From: Tubulanus polymorphus
Lineage: Eukaryota > Animalia > Nemertea
DNA length: 64,000 bases
Direction of reading: 5' to 3'
Assembly (NCBI RefSeq): GCF_964204645.1
Contig: NC_134025.1
Coordinates: 1,178,001-1,242,000 of the forward strand
Shown piece by piece: positions 13,190-30,980 of the stretch. The translations under genes and the position numbers were made by a program. Under the pieces are notes generated by a model. The model had not been told where the DNA came from. It made no database searches and was given only the letters and a program-made list of their open reading frames with translations. How positions within the stretch are numbered: position 1 is the stretch's first letter; the number at the start of each line of letters is the position of its first letter.

Positions 13190-13790
13190 TATGAAGGGGT
13201 TTGAACCTAGGTTATTCTGAGTGACCTAGATATTGAATCGCTGATAAACGAGGGTGTCCCGGGTTCGAACCTGGTTAATTGTTTCTGATTCTTTTTGATC
13301 TGGATACTGAAAATGATAAACGGAGTTGTCCCGGGATCGAACCCGTTAATTACTGACACTGATTCAGATTGTCCTGATGCTGAATAGAGGATGTACAGGG
13401 CGTGTCCCGGGTTCGAACCTGCGATAATTTCTGACACTGAACCATTCAGAGTGATCCCGATGCTGAATTGAGGATGGACAGTCAGTGTCCCAGGCTCGAA
13501 CCCAGTTATTACTGATGATTCAAGTTGGTCCTGATGCTGAATAGAGGAGTACAGGAGTATCCCCGGTTCGAACCTAGTAATTACTGACGGGTGTCCCTGG
13601 TTCGAACCCAGTAATTGATACTACTGATTCAGATTGACTTCTGGTGGTAGAGCGGATGTACACTGAGGGGACTACCTGGCTCGAACCCAGTAATTACTGA
13701 TACTGATTCAGATTGGTGGTTATTAGGCGGTCTACTGAGCGATCCGAGGCTACCTCCATGGCCGAGGGAGGCCTCCTCACGCGGCCGAAC
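13190..13790 (+). repeat. Degenerate tandem array of ~75-bp tRNA-like units with 8 B-box-like motifs, ending in a GC-rich hairpin
   Basis: GG(T/A/C)T(C/T)GAACC at 13198, 13262, 13334, 13410, 13493, 13565, 13599, 13678, most preceded by GTCCC as in a tRNA T-arm. The last unit has D-loop-like TGGTAGAGCG. Confidence 0.75.
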
Positions 13791-14389
13791 ATTACTTACT
13801 ACCAGTAAATAATTCATTTTGTTTATTTACATACCAAAATAATTAATTTAGGGGATATTCATTTTTTAATAATGTTGGACAAAGAATCATCAAAAGTTGA
13901 TAACGGAGGGAAGGATTGCGGCAAATTGTTTATGATTGCGCAATTCGGCGCATAGAATTGGTTAAATAAAGTTTTTGTATTTGAATTTGTTCCCCCATCA
14001 CGCACGTGTTTATATTATTATTTATGTATGACGTCATCGAGAAACTCGTCTTGGAACTAATGACGACCTTGTTTCCACAAGGACTTGACTGAAAAGAGGA
14101 ATGCTCCGATAAGCCACGGGTAGTTCTGACTGAAATTTGATATAAAATTAGAACTCTTGTTTTGTAGACTGCGGAGTGATGGTTCACGCATCAGAACCAA
14201 TCCCATGACTCGCAACAAGATCAAAATAAATTATTTCCAATGTTTCATAAGAAGTTATATTTTGAAATAAGAGATATACATAACACAAATTAACGTTTTC
14301 CGACAAATTCCATTTCGTCCAATCAGTTTTTCAGCATGATTTACCCGCTCGCTACCCTGGACCTCACATGGGACACGGGGTGTACTTGA

Positions 14390-18144
<3,755 letters not shown>

Positions 18145-18969
18145 ACGGGTTTCTTGTTGTAGATGACGTTATGTTACAGATAGTTGAGTAGATTTTACAG
18201 GGATCAATGTCAGCCATCAGAAAAAAAGTTTAGAAAAACAAACAACTTTATACCATATTCAAAACATGAATATTGTGTGATTTACTAAGACAATGTGATT
18301 GAATATATACATGATTTATTACTTTCAATGTTTCCTTCTTAAGTGAGATATATTTATCAGGATTAAGAGTATGATTAGAATCAATGCTCAAAATAATCAC
18401 GTGCCTTCCATATTTAGATTCACCCTTTCTCTCATCCCTCTGAACTGCTGTACAATTTAAGCTTCCTCATAATACATAATATCTCATAATATATATATAT
18501 ATATATATAATATGTGTATATACATGTACAGTATATTAAGTACATTATGTACGTATGAGTAGTTTCTGGGAACTGCCTAGTGTTATTTCAGAGATGTCAT
18601 ATTCAAAAGAGTTGAAACCATTTATTTATAAACTTTTTTTCAATCGTCCATAAAAACAGTTTAAAAACACCACACTAGACACAGACTAGAATATGAATAA
18701 GGCAATTTTTTGAAACGTTCAATGAAATTTTTTCTATTTTTTTTTTACTGTGCTGTTCTGACAAAAATTCAACAACTTCATTTTCTGATACCTGGTAATA
18801 CTTTCGAGTCATGTGCGTATTTGTTTCTAGTCAAACGGTAGATTTTTTATGAATTCATAAAAACTGTTTTAGCTAATGTAGACCATTTTCATGAAATAGT
18901 TGAACTCAAAATTTTTGTTTTAATTGCTAAATCAGTGACTTCTTGTTTTCGCTGAGTACAGCAATTTAA

Positions 18970-19189
18970 GGCCAAAAAAAATTGATACCTTGTTTCTCCG
19001 CTCTGCTGAGCTTAAATGTTGACCCGGCCGGCCGCCTATCTACCCTATACATTACTTTTTTTAAAATCGTGATCAATTTCACCATAACAGACCTGGCCGC
19101 TATGGAAATGAACTGTTTATGAATTTTATCATATTTTACAAAAATGACCCGGCCGCTGCGGAGAAACAAGGTATCATTTTTGTTTAGCC
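18970..19189. mobile_element. PIF/Harbinger-type MITE, copy 2 (putative ZFYVE21 3' UTR)
   Basis: TAA target-site duplication; same TIRs and interior as 14950-15170. Confidence 0.88.
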
Positions 19190-19762
19190 TAAATTTAGTG
19201 TTTTATGAAATTGAACCCTGCGCTATTCAAGAAAGAGTGAATTATTAAAATAGTCGCCTCTATTAATTGAATATATATGTAAATAGTTTCTGCATTTTCA
19301 CTGTATTCTGTATGTATTTGTTTTGTGTATTAGATGATTTTATATGAAAGAAGATTTGTGATGAGTTACTCTCAATACCGGGATTGTGTAGAAGATATAG
19401 TGCATAGTTTATTTGGTAGATAATTACTCGTATTCGGAATAGAATTTCTTGACATTTCTGTGTTGAAGAATGACAGCGATTTATATTTGTTATAATAAGA
19501 ACAAAGTTGATTAAAAATCAGGACTCGGCACTGTAGGTTGTCTGGTAAAATTTTCCTCTACGGTTGAAACATCGGTATATAATGAACTAGTTTTACTTGC
19601 TGTAGTGTCTGGATTTCGACTGAATTAGTGATATATAACTGAATGGTTGATTGTTAAAGATTAATTGAAATTTTATATAAGAAAATCGTTATATTGTTAC
19701 AAACAGTTATCAGTGTTCCGTGATGTATTTTGGAAAAATCAAAAATGCATAGAGTATTTTGT

Positions 19763-19768
19763 AATAAA
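19763..19768 (+). terminator. Candidate polyadenylation signal of ZFYVE21
   Basis: AATAAA followed ~20-40 nt downstream by GT-rich TGTTTGGTTGTTAGATGTTG. Confidence 0.45.
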
Positions 19769-20824
19769 ATGTGAAATATATCTGAAATGTTTGGTTGTTA
19801 GATGTTGCTTATTGAGTTTCAAATACGGATTGTAGCAAATTTAAGTGACAATTGGTGCTGGATTTTGGAAAACACTTGTTAAGTCCTATGATGATTTGTG
19901 CTTAATTTGTACAAAAAGTGCTACAATTTGACTTATGTATCAAGTCTGGATCATTTTGTCACGGCATTAGTATTGATCAAATAATCAAAAGCCAAGCACA
20001 CTTTACTTCTGGGCAATGATTTGGTCCCTTGAAATCCCAGGAAGGTGCAAAGTAATACCTTCATAGAATATTGATTAATATATTTAATGTTCTGAAAATC
20101 TTTTGGAATTGAATTTAATTTGCTTTAGATTCGATTCTTCCCGTGGCATGCGAGTTGTCGCTACAAGGCCCCTTATAACGGATGCCAATGCATCCGCTGA
20201 GCAAAGAGTTCTAATAAAAGTAGCTTGAAAATCGTTTGCACTAGCAAATTCTCCTAAAATGCAGTTTCTACGTTGATTCAATTATTCATCTTAAACTTGC
20301 TTGTGTTGGGAAATGAATGAAATTTGAAATTTGTGAAATATCAGTATTCCTCGCATGCCAAAGTAGAGTTGCAGGCTGTCGCTAGATTTTAACCGTCCGG
20401 TGCTGCCCCCTATGAATAATGATAGCGGAATTTCTGTGAACTGAAATAGTAGCGCATATTTCCCGCCGGAATATAAATTAGCTCATTTCGAACAATACGT
20501 ACCACTGTGGCCCCTGATAAACTATATGATTGATTAGCCGATCGACGTGTGACTCACTGTTGATAAATGTTATTTCAATCATCAACGCTAACGCTTTTTA
20601 ATGAAATTACTCGCTCAATTGATAAAGACTTTAAAAGAAATGATTCTCAAATTGTTTTCTCCGACTTTTTATTTCGGCTAAAAATATAGGAATTCGTGTA
20701 AACGGTTATCATAAGTCTGCCGGCCAAGTTACCCGCTCTGGTGAGGGTTTAACGATTCACGATGAGCACATGATTTACTAAAGAAACTTTAAATGTTAAC
20801 TTTTGGATTATGACTAGTAGTAAA

Positions 20825-20923
20825 CAGCAATTAGTTGACATGGTTTTAGTAGTAGTCTATAATAAAACCATGTCAACTAATTGCTGATTTTTAACGCGCT
20901 GACGGCCGGGCGCGATATCTAGT
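20825..20923 (+). mobile_element. 24-bp perfect inverted repeat followed by a Helitron-like 3' end
   Basis: IR 20825-20848 / 20863-20886; then CGCGC-N10-GCGCG hairpin, ATAT, CTAG (20919-20922) and a T. Confidence 0.5.
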
Positions 20924-21582
20924 AGCCCAAGAAAACGATAAGATAAAGTTGAGATGTGAATTTTTAAAAGTGTCGTTGAATTGCGCAAGAACAGCTCGAT
21001 GGTACTTGTATCCAGTTCCAATCCCATTGTTTACGAGTTCCGGGAACGCGCATGTAAGCCATTACATAATTATACTTCTCTGAACATATCGATGAATATC
21101 TGAAAAAAACGAGAAACAAACCTCCAAAATCTATTTATCAATGCGGTCAACCCCCGGCACACTGTGCCCCCCATTCCTAAACCCAGATGAACGAAACATC
21201 AGTAAAGGCCGCCGCACACGTCATAACATTTGTTTCGCCAAAAACAGAAAACCACGTTTTTCACAAAACGTCTTGCCCGCAAACGATAAAACGCAAATTA
21301 AGCAGTGCTTGTTTCGAGAAAAACGTTTTTTCCTGACGAAAAACGTTTTTCCGTTCGGTGTTTTGTGTTTTGCCTCCCCCGGCCGCACACGGCATAACAA
21401 AAAAAAAAATTTAAAAATTCTAAAAATTTTAATTTTGTATACGCTTCCTTCTTCCACGCTTCATACGCAAAGACGAATAGATTTGACTTTTGAAATACTA
21501 CTCCTAAAATCGAACGCCCTCTGATGTCTTCACAATCTCGACGATATATCTTACAGCTTTAATCACGTGTTAGTTGGTTTAC

Positions 21583-22871
<1,289 letters not shown>

Positions 22872-23599
22872 ATTCTCCGTGTAAGCTGTAATACGAATTC
22901 AATTTAATAACAATATATACCTAGGGTAAACGATTCGATTACTTGAACTTAGAAATATAATTGCATGAAAGTTGCATGATTTTACAGTTGAGTTTAAAAC
23001 ATCTTTTTATAAATCACACTGACTCCTTATCTTGATGATTTACACAGAAATAGAATTTATGACGTGTGTTGGATGACAGAATCTCGGAAAGCAAAATTAA
23101 CGTTCTGTGACATTATGAGAAAAAGTGGCTTTGAAAAATTAAGTGATTTGCTCTTTCTGGCATATCATATATCATATCCCTTTCCTTCATTTATTTGATG
23201 TCAATCTCTAATGTAACCTTTTATGTTAGATAGAATATACATACATTTATGTACGTACATGTTTAAACAATAGATTACTTTCAATTCAAAAATGTACTTG
23301 GTTGCAAAGATCTACTCGGATAAAACCGGATCCGATTGCTACAGATATCTATATAAGAGATACTTACTGACCTTTTATAAGTAACTGCATCGCTCCGTTC
23401 TCAGCCCATGACGGTGCGACACCAGTATTTATAATCGGGTTACCACATACACCTAAAACATATCAATGATCAATTAGAACCTCGAAAATAATATTCAAAA
23501 TGATTTGGAATCTGGCGTTTGTCTTCTCTGAACATAAGAACTTTTGAACATGGTCGCCAGTTTCACAAGATGGATTTAGCTCTTATACTCGATACTCTG

Positions 23600-23702
23600 A
23601 CCCGGTTCCACAGTTGTGAGTTAGAGTTAACTCTGAGTTAAAATGAGTCCATGTTCAATGTTTTAACTCAAGAGTCAAATTTTAACTCCAAACTGTGGAT
23701 CC
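23600..23702. mobile_element. ~100-bp palindromic MITE of the (C)CAGTTCCACAGTT...AACTGTGGA family; relatives near 43044-43142, 55241-55760, 61889-61975
   Basis: GGTTCCACAGTT ... AACTGTGGATCC termini, internal GAGTTAACTC. Confidence 0.6.
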
Positions 23703-26700
23703 TAAACATTTAAGGGGGGGGGGGGGTGATCTCTGATGTTTCGTGAAATACGAACGATTGAAAACGATATATATCTATCAAAATTTAAAATAGAAAATTG
23801 AACGACCCGACATTTTGAACTCACTATTGTTAAGTGTATTACTTGTTTTTTCTCTTTTGTATTTGTATTTACAGTAGTGAGATCTGGCGTAACATATATT
23901 TCACTCACCTTGTTGGTTGAGAAAGAACCATACAAAAAATACTAAAACTTTCATCTTAGCGTAGTAGACCATGTTGTCGAGCGTTGTATAAGTTTTAATG
24001 TCACATTCGGCGAAGGAGTCATATTTATACTTGCCATAAAAGGTGATGTGCTATCGCACTTCCGTCGGATATTCCGCTGTAAGAAGCCGTTATGTGATGA
24101 CCGCTACTTATCAGTTTGGGTGATAACGAGCCTCTTTTCACCATCACATCCAATCCATCGTCTTTTCGTTTTATAGTACATGATATATAGCTATACCAAT
24201 TACTTGATGACGTTTCTCAACTGAGAACAACCAAGAAATTGAGTTCATTAAACGGACATTAAGTTCACTATAGATATTTAAACCTTCGGCATTTGACTGC
24301 GAGTTGAAAATACGTATGAATTACAAAAATCGAAATCTTTAATTACGTACAATTGACTATTCAAATAAACTTATGGTTGCTTAGAAATAATCAGCAATCG
24401 GTAATTGACAGTTTGTTTCATGTTTTCGTATAAAATCGTCCGTGAAGAGAAACTTGACTGACACCTACAGACCTGTAGGGATTGGAAACGAGTGTAAGCC
24501 ATCTGACCCGCATCAGTCACGGTATATTTATTCATATGCAAGATACGCCACCCACATGAAAGTTTCACCTAAATTTATGATCCATCTATTATAAAAAAAG
24601 AGTTACACGATTTTTTTGTGTCAAGTATGTGTATACGTCACGATATGAATTTGAATTTATATATACATGGAATCTACCGATCATTTAACACGGTCTTATA
24701 AATGCACCAGCTTTTTAGCGGACTGCGAGTTTTCAAAAGAATTGATGCATGTAAGTTCGTGTAATCTGAACGTATCCCGCGGTTATTTTCCCATCAGTTG
24801 AGGGGATATTCAAGCGACGATGTAAATTATTGAAATTATTGTTCCGGTCGCGACGTAGTTGATTTTGCGAGATTTCATATAAAAATCTATGAGGAAAACG
24901 TGATCTAAATTGTAAAGTGAATGAAGCGAGTTGTGTTGATAGTGAATTATTAAATAAAAACTGCTTCTTCGCGGTGGATTCTTCGCGTATTTCTAAATAG
25001 CAGTTCATTAGAAATGTATCAAAGGCTCAACACCGATTATTCCTCAGAAACCACGAAGCGAATTGTTCAATTTTTTGGTTCAGTGTTTAGACGACTCTAT
25101 ACTCGCCTGTGGCAAGCGAGGATCCACCAGGTTTCGCTTGTGTGAATTAGGACAATATGTCTGTCGGATTTCTTCACGCGCTGTATATGATCCGATACAG
25201 TTTGTCAAGAGACGTGATTCGCCTCATTTCTTCTGTGGAAAGCTGAAAATCTAGAAAGTTCATTGAGAATGAACTAAATTTTGACAGAGTTGTCGTAATG
25301 ATATGCACGCCCTCTAGTGGGATAGCTGGTGGCACGGGTTCTCTGAAGCTTGTAGTGTTCCCATCTTTCCTCGGCAGGGATTCGACCCTGATGACATCGC
25401 TAGACTCAGTGGCGGGCCGTTGCAGTCTCGAGTGATGTCATCAGGTTTAAGGACGTGTTCTGTCCCAATCATATTATGCATATATATATATATTGCCTTA
25501 GATCAAATTCGTACGGAGCCCCGAGGGTGATGAAAAATGAATATTCAAGGGAACGAAATCTTTTTCGTTCGAACGAAAAAGATTTCGTTTCCCAATTCAC
25601 CCTGTTGTTTTGTATTCAAAACAACTGACATGGTAAGAAATACTATAAATTCGAGGTAGGATGTGATTGAATATTATCATTATTATCCTCTAAATTTACA
25701 AGAAGAACTTCGTGTTGCGTTCGTAATTACGGCGTTTTTCAATCCGGTGTCTTTTCTTCGTTTCCGTAACAAGTTTTTAGAAGTTTACGAAAATTGATCT
25801 AATCGGAAAACAGTCTATCAGCAGGGATAAAAATGATGGAATTTCATTTGAAAGGCTTCGTCGTCTCTCTTCATTCCACGTCCCCAAATTCAAACAACGG
25901 ATGATTCTATTAACTGTGGTTTCCCTGAGACTGCGTTTTGATCAGATTGTCTTCTAAACCGCGCGCGCATCCTTATAACAACCGACACAAAAACCAAACC
26001 AAACTCAAAATGAGAAATAAAAAATTGACGTAGGTGCTTTAGGGCGCTTATCACGAAGAATCCGTTCATCGCGAAGTCTTCTCTGGAAAGACTCTGTCTC
26101 TATTGGATGCGAGCGAAATCGTTTGAAGAGTTTCGTTTATTGGGATATTTACGAAGCGTTACGAGGGTAATAAAGGCAAAGCCTGAGGGTAGAGAAGTGA
26201 GGACCCAGATACTCATAGTACTCAATAAGTATCCATTCAGTTGAATAGATTTAATACAAGTATTAGAAATGGAGAAGTAGAGTGTATATTAGACTGCGCG
26301 GGAAATACTACCTCTCCGACCTCCCCGACCTCCCTTCACCTCCCCGACCTCCCTTCGCCTCCTGGTCAACAGACGTGAGTTCGGGGAGAGGATCTGTTTT
26401 TAATATCTTCTGCGATGCCACTCATAGAGAGGAATTCAGTCAGGTATAGAAATCGTAAAGAGACTGTTGAAGTATCACTTAAAAGCAATAATATCGTCCT
26501 CCTCCATTTCCATTCAAACTATACAAAATCATCAGTTTTAGAACTACGTTTCGCCCTTTCGAATCATTACTATTATCTCCTTCTTGTAAATAGAAGAATC
26601 TCCTTCTTCTAGAAAATAAACAATCGCTAAAGAGAATAGAGACATTTAGAAGATGGAAATATATATATACGTATTGTTTTGACGACGTAACACGATTAAG

Positions 26701-27991
26701 TACATAATTCTCATTTATGTATGGAATGGTGGACAACGAACATTAGTACATTGTGTAAGGGTTTTCAATCGAAACTGTAGCTAACGAACCCAGCAAACCG
26801 CTGCTCGATTAGAACTTTATTTTCCGTTGCTTTTGTTACCAACGATTCTGCGTATGACGTCACAATCTAATAAATGTAATTCTATGGACGGGAAGTTGGT
26901 TCCACGCTCTAGAAAATAGCGATAAATCATCGGGAAGGAAACTGAGTTTTATCAGAAAATGCACCGCAGCGATTTTTTATTCTACAAAGAAAACATTGAA
27001 CGGTTCGCGAACGGTTAGTTATGTAAGAAGATAGACTATTCGCTCAGCGTGTTGGATATAAACCTCGAGTCCACGTCTTAATTAGTTTAATTGGAAGTTC
27101 GTCCTTAAGATACCAATAAAGATCACTCGCCCCCATATCGCCACATGATACAAGCTCTTAATTATAGCAATTTGGAATGATAAAGTTCGTTCGAAATACG
27201 TTTCGAATTCGGGTTGTATAAGTCGTGGCTACTGATCTTGTTACTCCAATAACTGTGAATAAAATGATTGAAGATTTAGAATATTTGCCCTCTGGTTATC
27301 AATATTACACTTTCCAGCCGGACGATTTTCAATCTTATGAAGGATATTATTAAGCTTATCCTAGATGAGAAATATGAAAGGGAGAGTAATTCCAAAAGTT
27401 GATTTAAGGGTAAACCTTATTTCATCGGTATTTAATATGAATTCTGTTTCAGCTCGGCTATACACCATATATACACGAACTGCGTTTACTGTCATTCGTA
27501 TCATCAGCGTGAACAAATGAGTTCACAATCCTTTTGGGATCGTGCACTGTGAAAGTGAAATTGAATTTACATCGCATTGTAAATTGTGTTCACACTGTTG
27601 GTCGCTCCAGGCATCAGCAACAACCGAACAATATATTAGAAACGTTTATAACTGCGGTAATGAAATAATTAAAAGCGAGTTCAATAAACCATATTACGTA
27701 ATTGTATATGATAATTGAATGTCTATAACTCACCGTAGGGTTTGATAACTGTAAACATTCATTTTGAATATCGAATATCTATATTCTAAGCACGTTTAAA
27801 GTACGCACGAAGGTTAATGACTTTATTTTGTGTCAAGGATTCAATCGTAATCTTATCACAAATTCGTGTTTTATGTTTTCATCGGTATCAATAGAAATTG
27901 ATTTCGCAGACGAAACTTCCAGCACCAGATACGATAAAATCCCACGATATAAAAGGAAAACAAATCCGAAATGTTTCTTTGAGATAGTAGT

Positions 27992-28030
27992 TTATTTCGA
28001 CGTTTCGACTTTATGCGTCATCTTCAGAAG
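27992..28030 (-). ncRNA. Penelope-type minimal hammerhead ribozyme motif
   Basis: Minus strand CTGAAGA-T-GAC-GCATAAA-GTC-GAAAC-GTC-GAAATAAA: CUGANGA and GAAA cores, 3-bp stem II, GUC site. Confidence 0.55.
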
Positions 28031-28055
28031 TTACATCAAAATCATGAAATAAATA

Positions 28056-28213
28056 CAGCGGAACCTCGTTAATCCAATTTTGGTTTATTACGATAATTTC
28101 CACCATTTCTCGGCAAAGATATTCATATAAATCAAGAATTGGATATTACGAAACCCGTTTAATGCAACAATTTCACTTTTGCCCACAACATTCGTATCAA
28201 CGAGGTACCACTG
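28056..28213. mobile_element. Tc1/mariner-pogo-type MITE
   Basis: TA|CAGCGGAACCTCGTTAAT ... ATCAACGAGGTACCACTG; interior shared with 12443-12596. Confidence 0.7.
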
Positions 28214-30504
28214 TCATAATCTAAAACGACGAGGATCGTGGATCCGCCCCTGAAAGTTTCAGCTCTAGATCATCTTGCACTTAAGATGAGATTTATTTAG
28301 GCGCTTGTTATTGTGAATATATGGTAAATTTTATGATAGTCGAATTCGAGCACCGAAAATATCTCCAGTATCTTATAAAACGTCGCTGAAAGTCGTTGTA
28401 ATCACCGATAAATTATTCATGTTTATAGCGCTGCAGATCTTTCACATTTTAATGGATATTTAGATTTATGGATGACATTTTTATGATGATAGTGTCATTG
28501 TTTTGAACTTTACGTCTTGTGTATGTGTATTTGTGCGTACAGCTGGTTTTTAAATGTCAGATATCAAACCCCGGGGTTCAGTAAATATTCAATCGATTCA
28601 TAAGTCACCTGTAGCTCGGTATATCGAGTTTCCTGCTTTCCATTATCTGTGAAACTAATCTAATTCAATCCGCGGCGGCAACCGATCACAAGATTTATAT
28701 CATTGAAATTGAATAAAGTTACAAGCGGAAAATTGTCTTTTCAAGCAGGGTCTATTTTACTTTGTTTAAGGTAGTGTCAGTGAGAATAGAATGGCAGTAA
28801 CAGAAAACTTTAAGTACGATGCCTGGAAATTGTATGAAAATGCACTGAAATTTCAGAATTTTCCATTTTAAGCTTTTAGCTTCGTTCACCGTGGATACTT
28901 TGCCCTTTGTAACAGTACATGTCCTTTTCATTTCTTTGCGTTCATATACCCAATTTATTCACGTCCTCTGAGTGTTGAAGTAGTAAAATCACTGCTCTCC
29001 CCGTAGGTTTAAGAGATTGAGAGAAGAAATCGGGTTTGCACGCCATCCACTCGTAAACATCCAGTCAGCTACAGGTGTTAAGGATTTTCCACGAAGCCTT
29101 AATTTCATCTACGGGTCATGAGCTGAGGTATATCACGTCTTATCGTTAAGCCGCCCGGAAATCATGCTTGCAGTCGATTATTTAAAAAGGGGGCCTCTTT
29201 TAATCCGGTTCTTCATATGCTCGCTTACCAGAGCCAGATCGATGAGGTTTTTCGGCTATCAAAATTTTGTATAGAATTTTGAATAAATTTGAATAATTAA
29301 CCCACAAAAATGATCGCATTACGGGCAGCCACAATTCGTGGGTAGTTTTGGACCTTATGAATTCAGTTTTAATCTGTCCATTTCAAATTGAAAATCAGAA
29401 CCTTTTTCAGATCAATCATAAACAACAAACATATAAGAATGATAGTAGATCTTCTGTACATTGATACCACGTTTATTCCGAGTCTTCGCCATTGAAAAAA
29501 AACAACACACACAAAATCTATGGATAAATCCCCGCTATTTTATTTTTGAACAGAAACAAATTCGTGTGTATAAATAGAATGTATCTGTAGAATTATTGAA
29601 ATTAAACATAACTCTGTTCATTTCAGTTTGATTGATTCATCTTTTATATTACATTATACGCGTTGGGTTGACTTTCATACGGTGGGTAAATAATTCATCA
29701 TCATTGACTTAGAATCCAAATTTCAAGACGATTTTTTTACTTTCTCTCTCTCGTTTGCAACACAAAATCAGTACGAACAGTTAGAACAATGATAATAACT
29801 ATTACTGGAACCATGCTTCACAAACTGTCTTTAAATTACAACTGGACAAAAATTGTTATCATCAGAAATGAAGGTGTGTGGAGTAGGAATCCCTGAACAC
29901 CACTTGATGTAAATGAAGCAAATTATCCATGTATAACGTGAACTATGTTTTAGCATACTAATCATAATATTGTGCGGCTAATATTCTGCAAATGTTTTCG
30001 GATAGAGATTTCAATTATGAGGGTATTTTCGTGATGTATATATATATATGTATATCGGGTTCTTTAGTTCACCGTCTAAATCAAGTTCGATGTTACGTAT
30101 TTTTATTTTGAAAAAATAAACGTTATGTACAAAGTTTATACTATCATGTTTTATGTTTTAATTTATCGATATTTGACACGATCAGAATGAAGTAATCCGG
30201 TTCTATTCGAGACTTCACCGGTTTTATCTATTTAAATCATCAGCATTATTAATATTAATATTATTGCTTGTTTCATTTGACATATGATATTTCAATAACG
30301 GGTCCATCATCTTAGGCACCTCATATTCTGGTCGGTTCCTCGTTGCCAATATTCTTAGCTTTTATAATTCGGTGAAACTGCACGTCAAGAAACCGGTTTT
30401 ACTGTTTTTTGATACGTGTTAACGAAACATTTGCTGTAATTTCCTCTAAATATCACAGCGGTGGACTTATTTAACGTCTCTCAATCCTGACGTCGACGTA
30501 CTAT

Positions 30505-30670
30505 TTACCGCCCGTAACCGTAGTATTTGCTGCATCTGCATTGACCGGAATTCCACAAGATGCCGCATTTACATCGAAGTCCAGGGCAGCATCGCAGACT
30601 GGGTCGTTGTGAATGGGGTTTGCAGGCTGATGTGGCACATTTTAGGTCTTGAAATCGAAATAAAGCTCGT
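30505..30670 (-). CDS. Agatoxin-like (inhibitor cystine knot, 8-Cys) peptide precursor, last exon encoding the mature peptide
   Basis: Acceptor CTTTTCTTGTTTTGCAG; encodes (K)RALFRFQDLKCATSACKPHSQRPSLRCCPGLRCKCGILWNSGQCRCSKYYGYGR*; framework C-C-CC-CxC-CxC with C-terminal GR amidation signal. Confidence 0.85.
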
Positions 30671-30894
30671 CTGCAAAACAAGAAAAGCCACATAGAGAAT
30701 CAAAGACGCGTCAATGAAGGGTAGGATAAAGGTGTGGTCAAAGTTTGGTATTAGTTAATCAAACTTGTAAATCAATGAAAAGCCCACACTTAGAATGCAC
30801 CGCCCGAAACGTTTCCTTGACTTAGTATAATGTAGTCTATTCAACACTTATTCAACGTTGCTGAATATAACTGGGGTATTGGAATAGGGTAATA

Positions 30895-30980
30895 GTATTC
30901 CTGAAGATGACTAGGATGAAGTCAAAACGCTGAAATAAACTACTAAAATATATATAGCTCAGCATGGAAACATTTCGTAC
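30895..30980 (+). mobile_element. Second, mutated copy of the Penelope-type hammerhead motif
   Basis: TATTC-CTGAAGA-TGAC-TAGGATGAA-GTC-AAAAC-GCT-GAAATAAACTACTA...GAAACATTTCG, homologous to the minus-strand copy at 28.0 kb. Confidence 0.55.

Noticed and set aside
25372-25400. Minus-strand B-box-like GGGTCGAATCCC as a tRNA or SINE
   Set aside because: No convincing A-box or cloverleaf upstream
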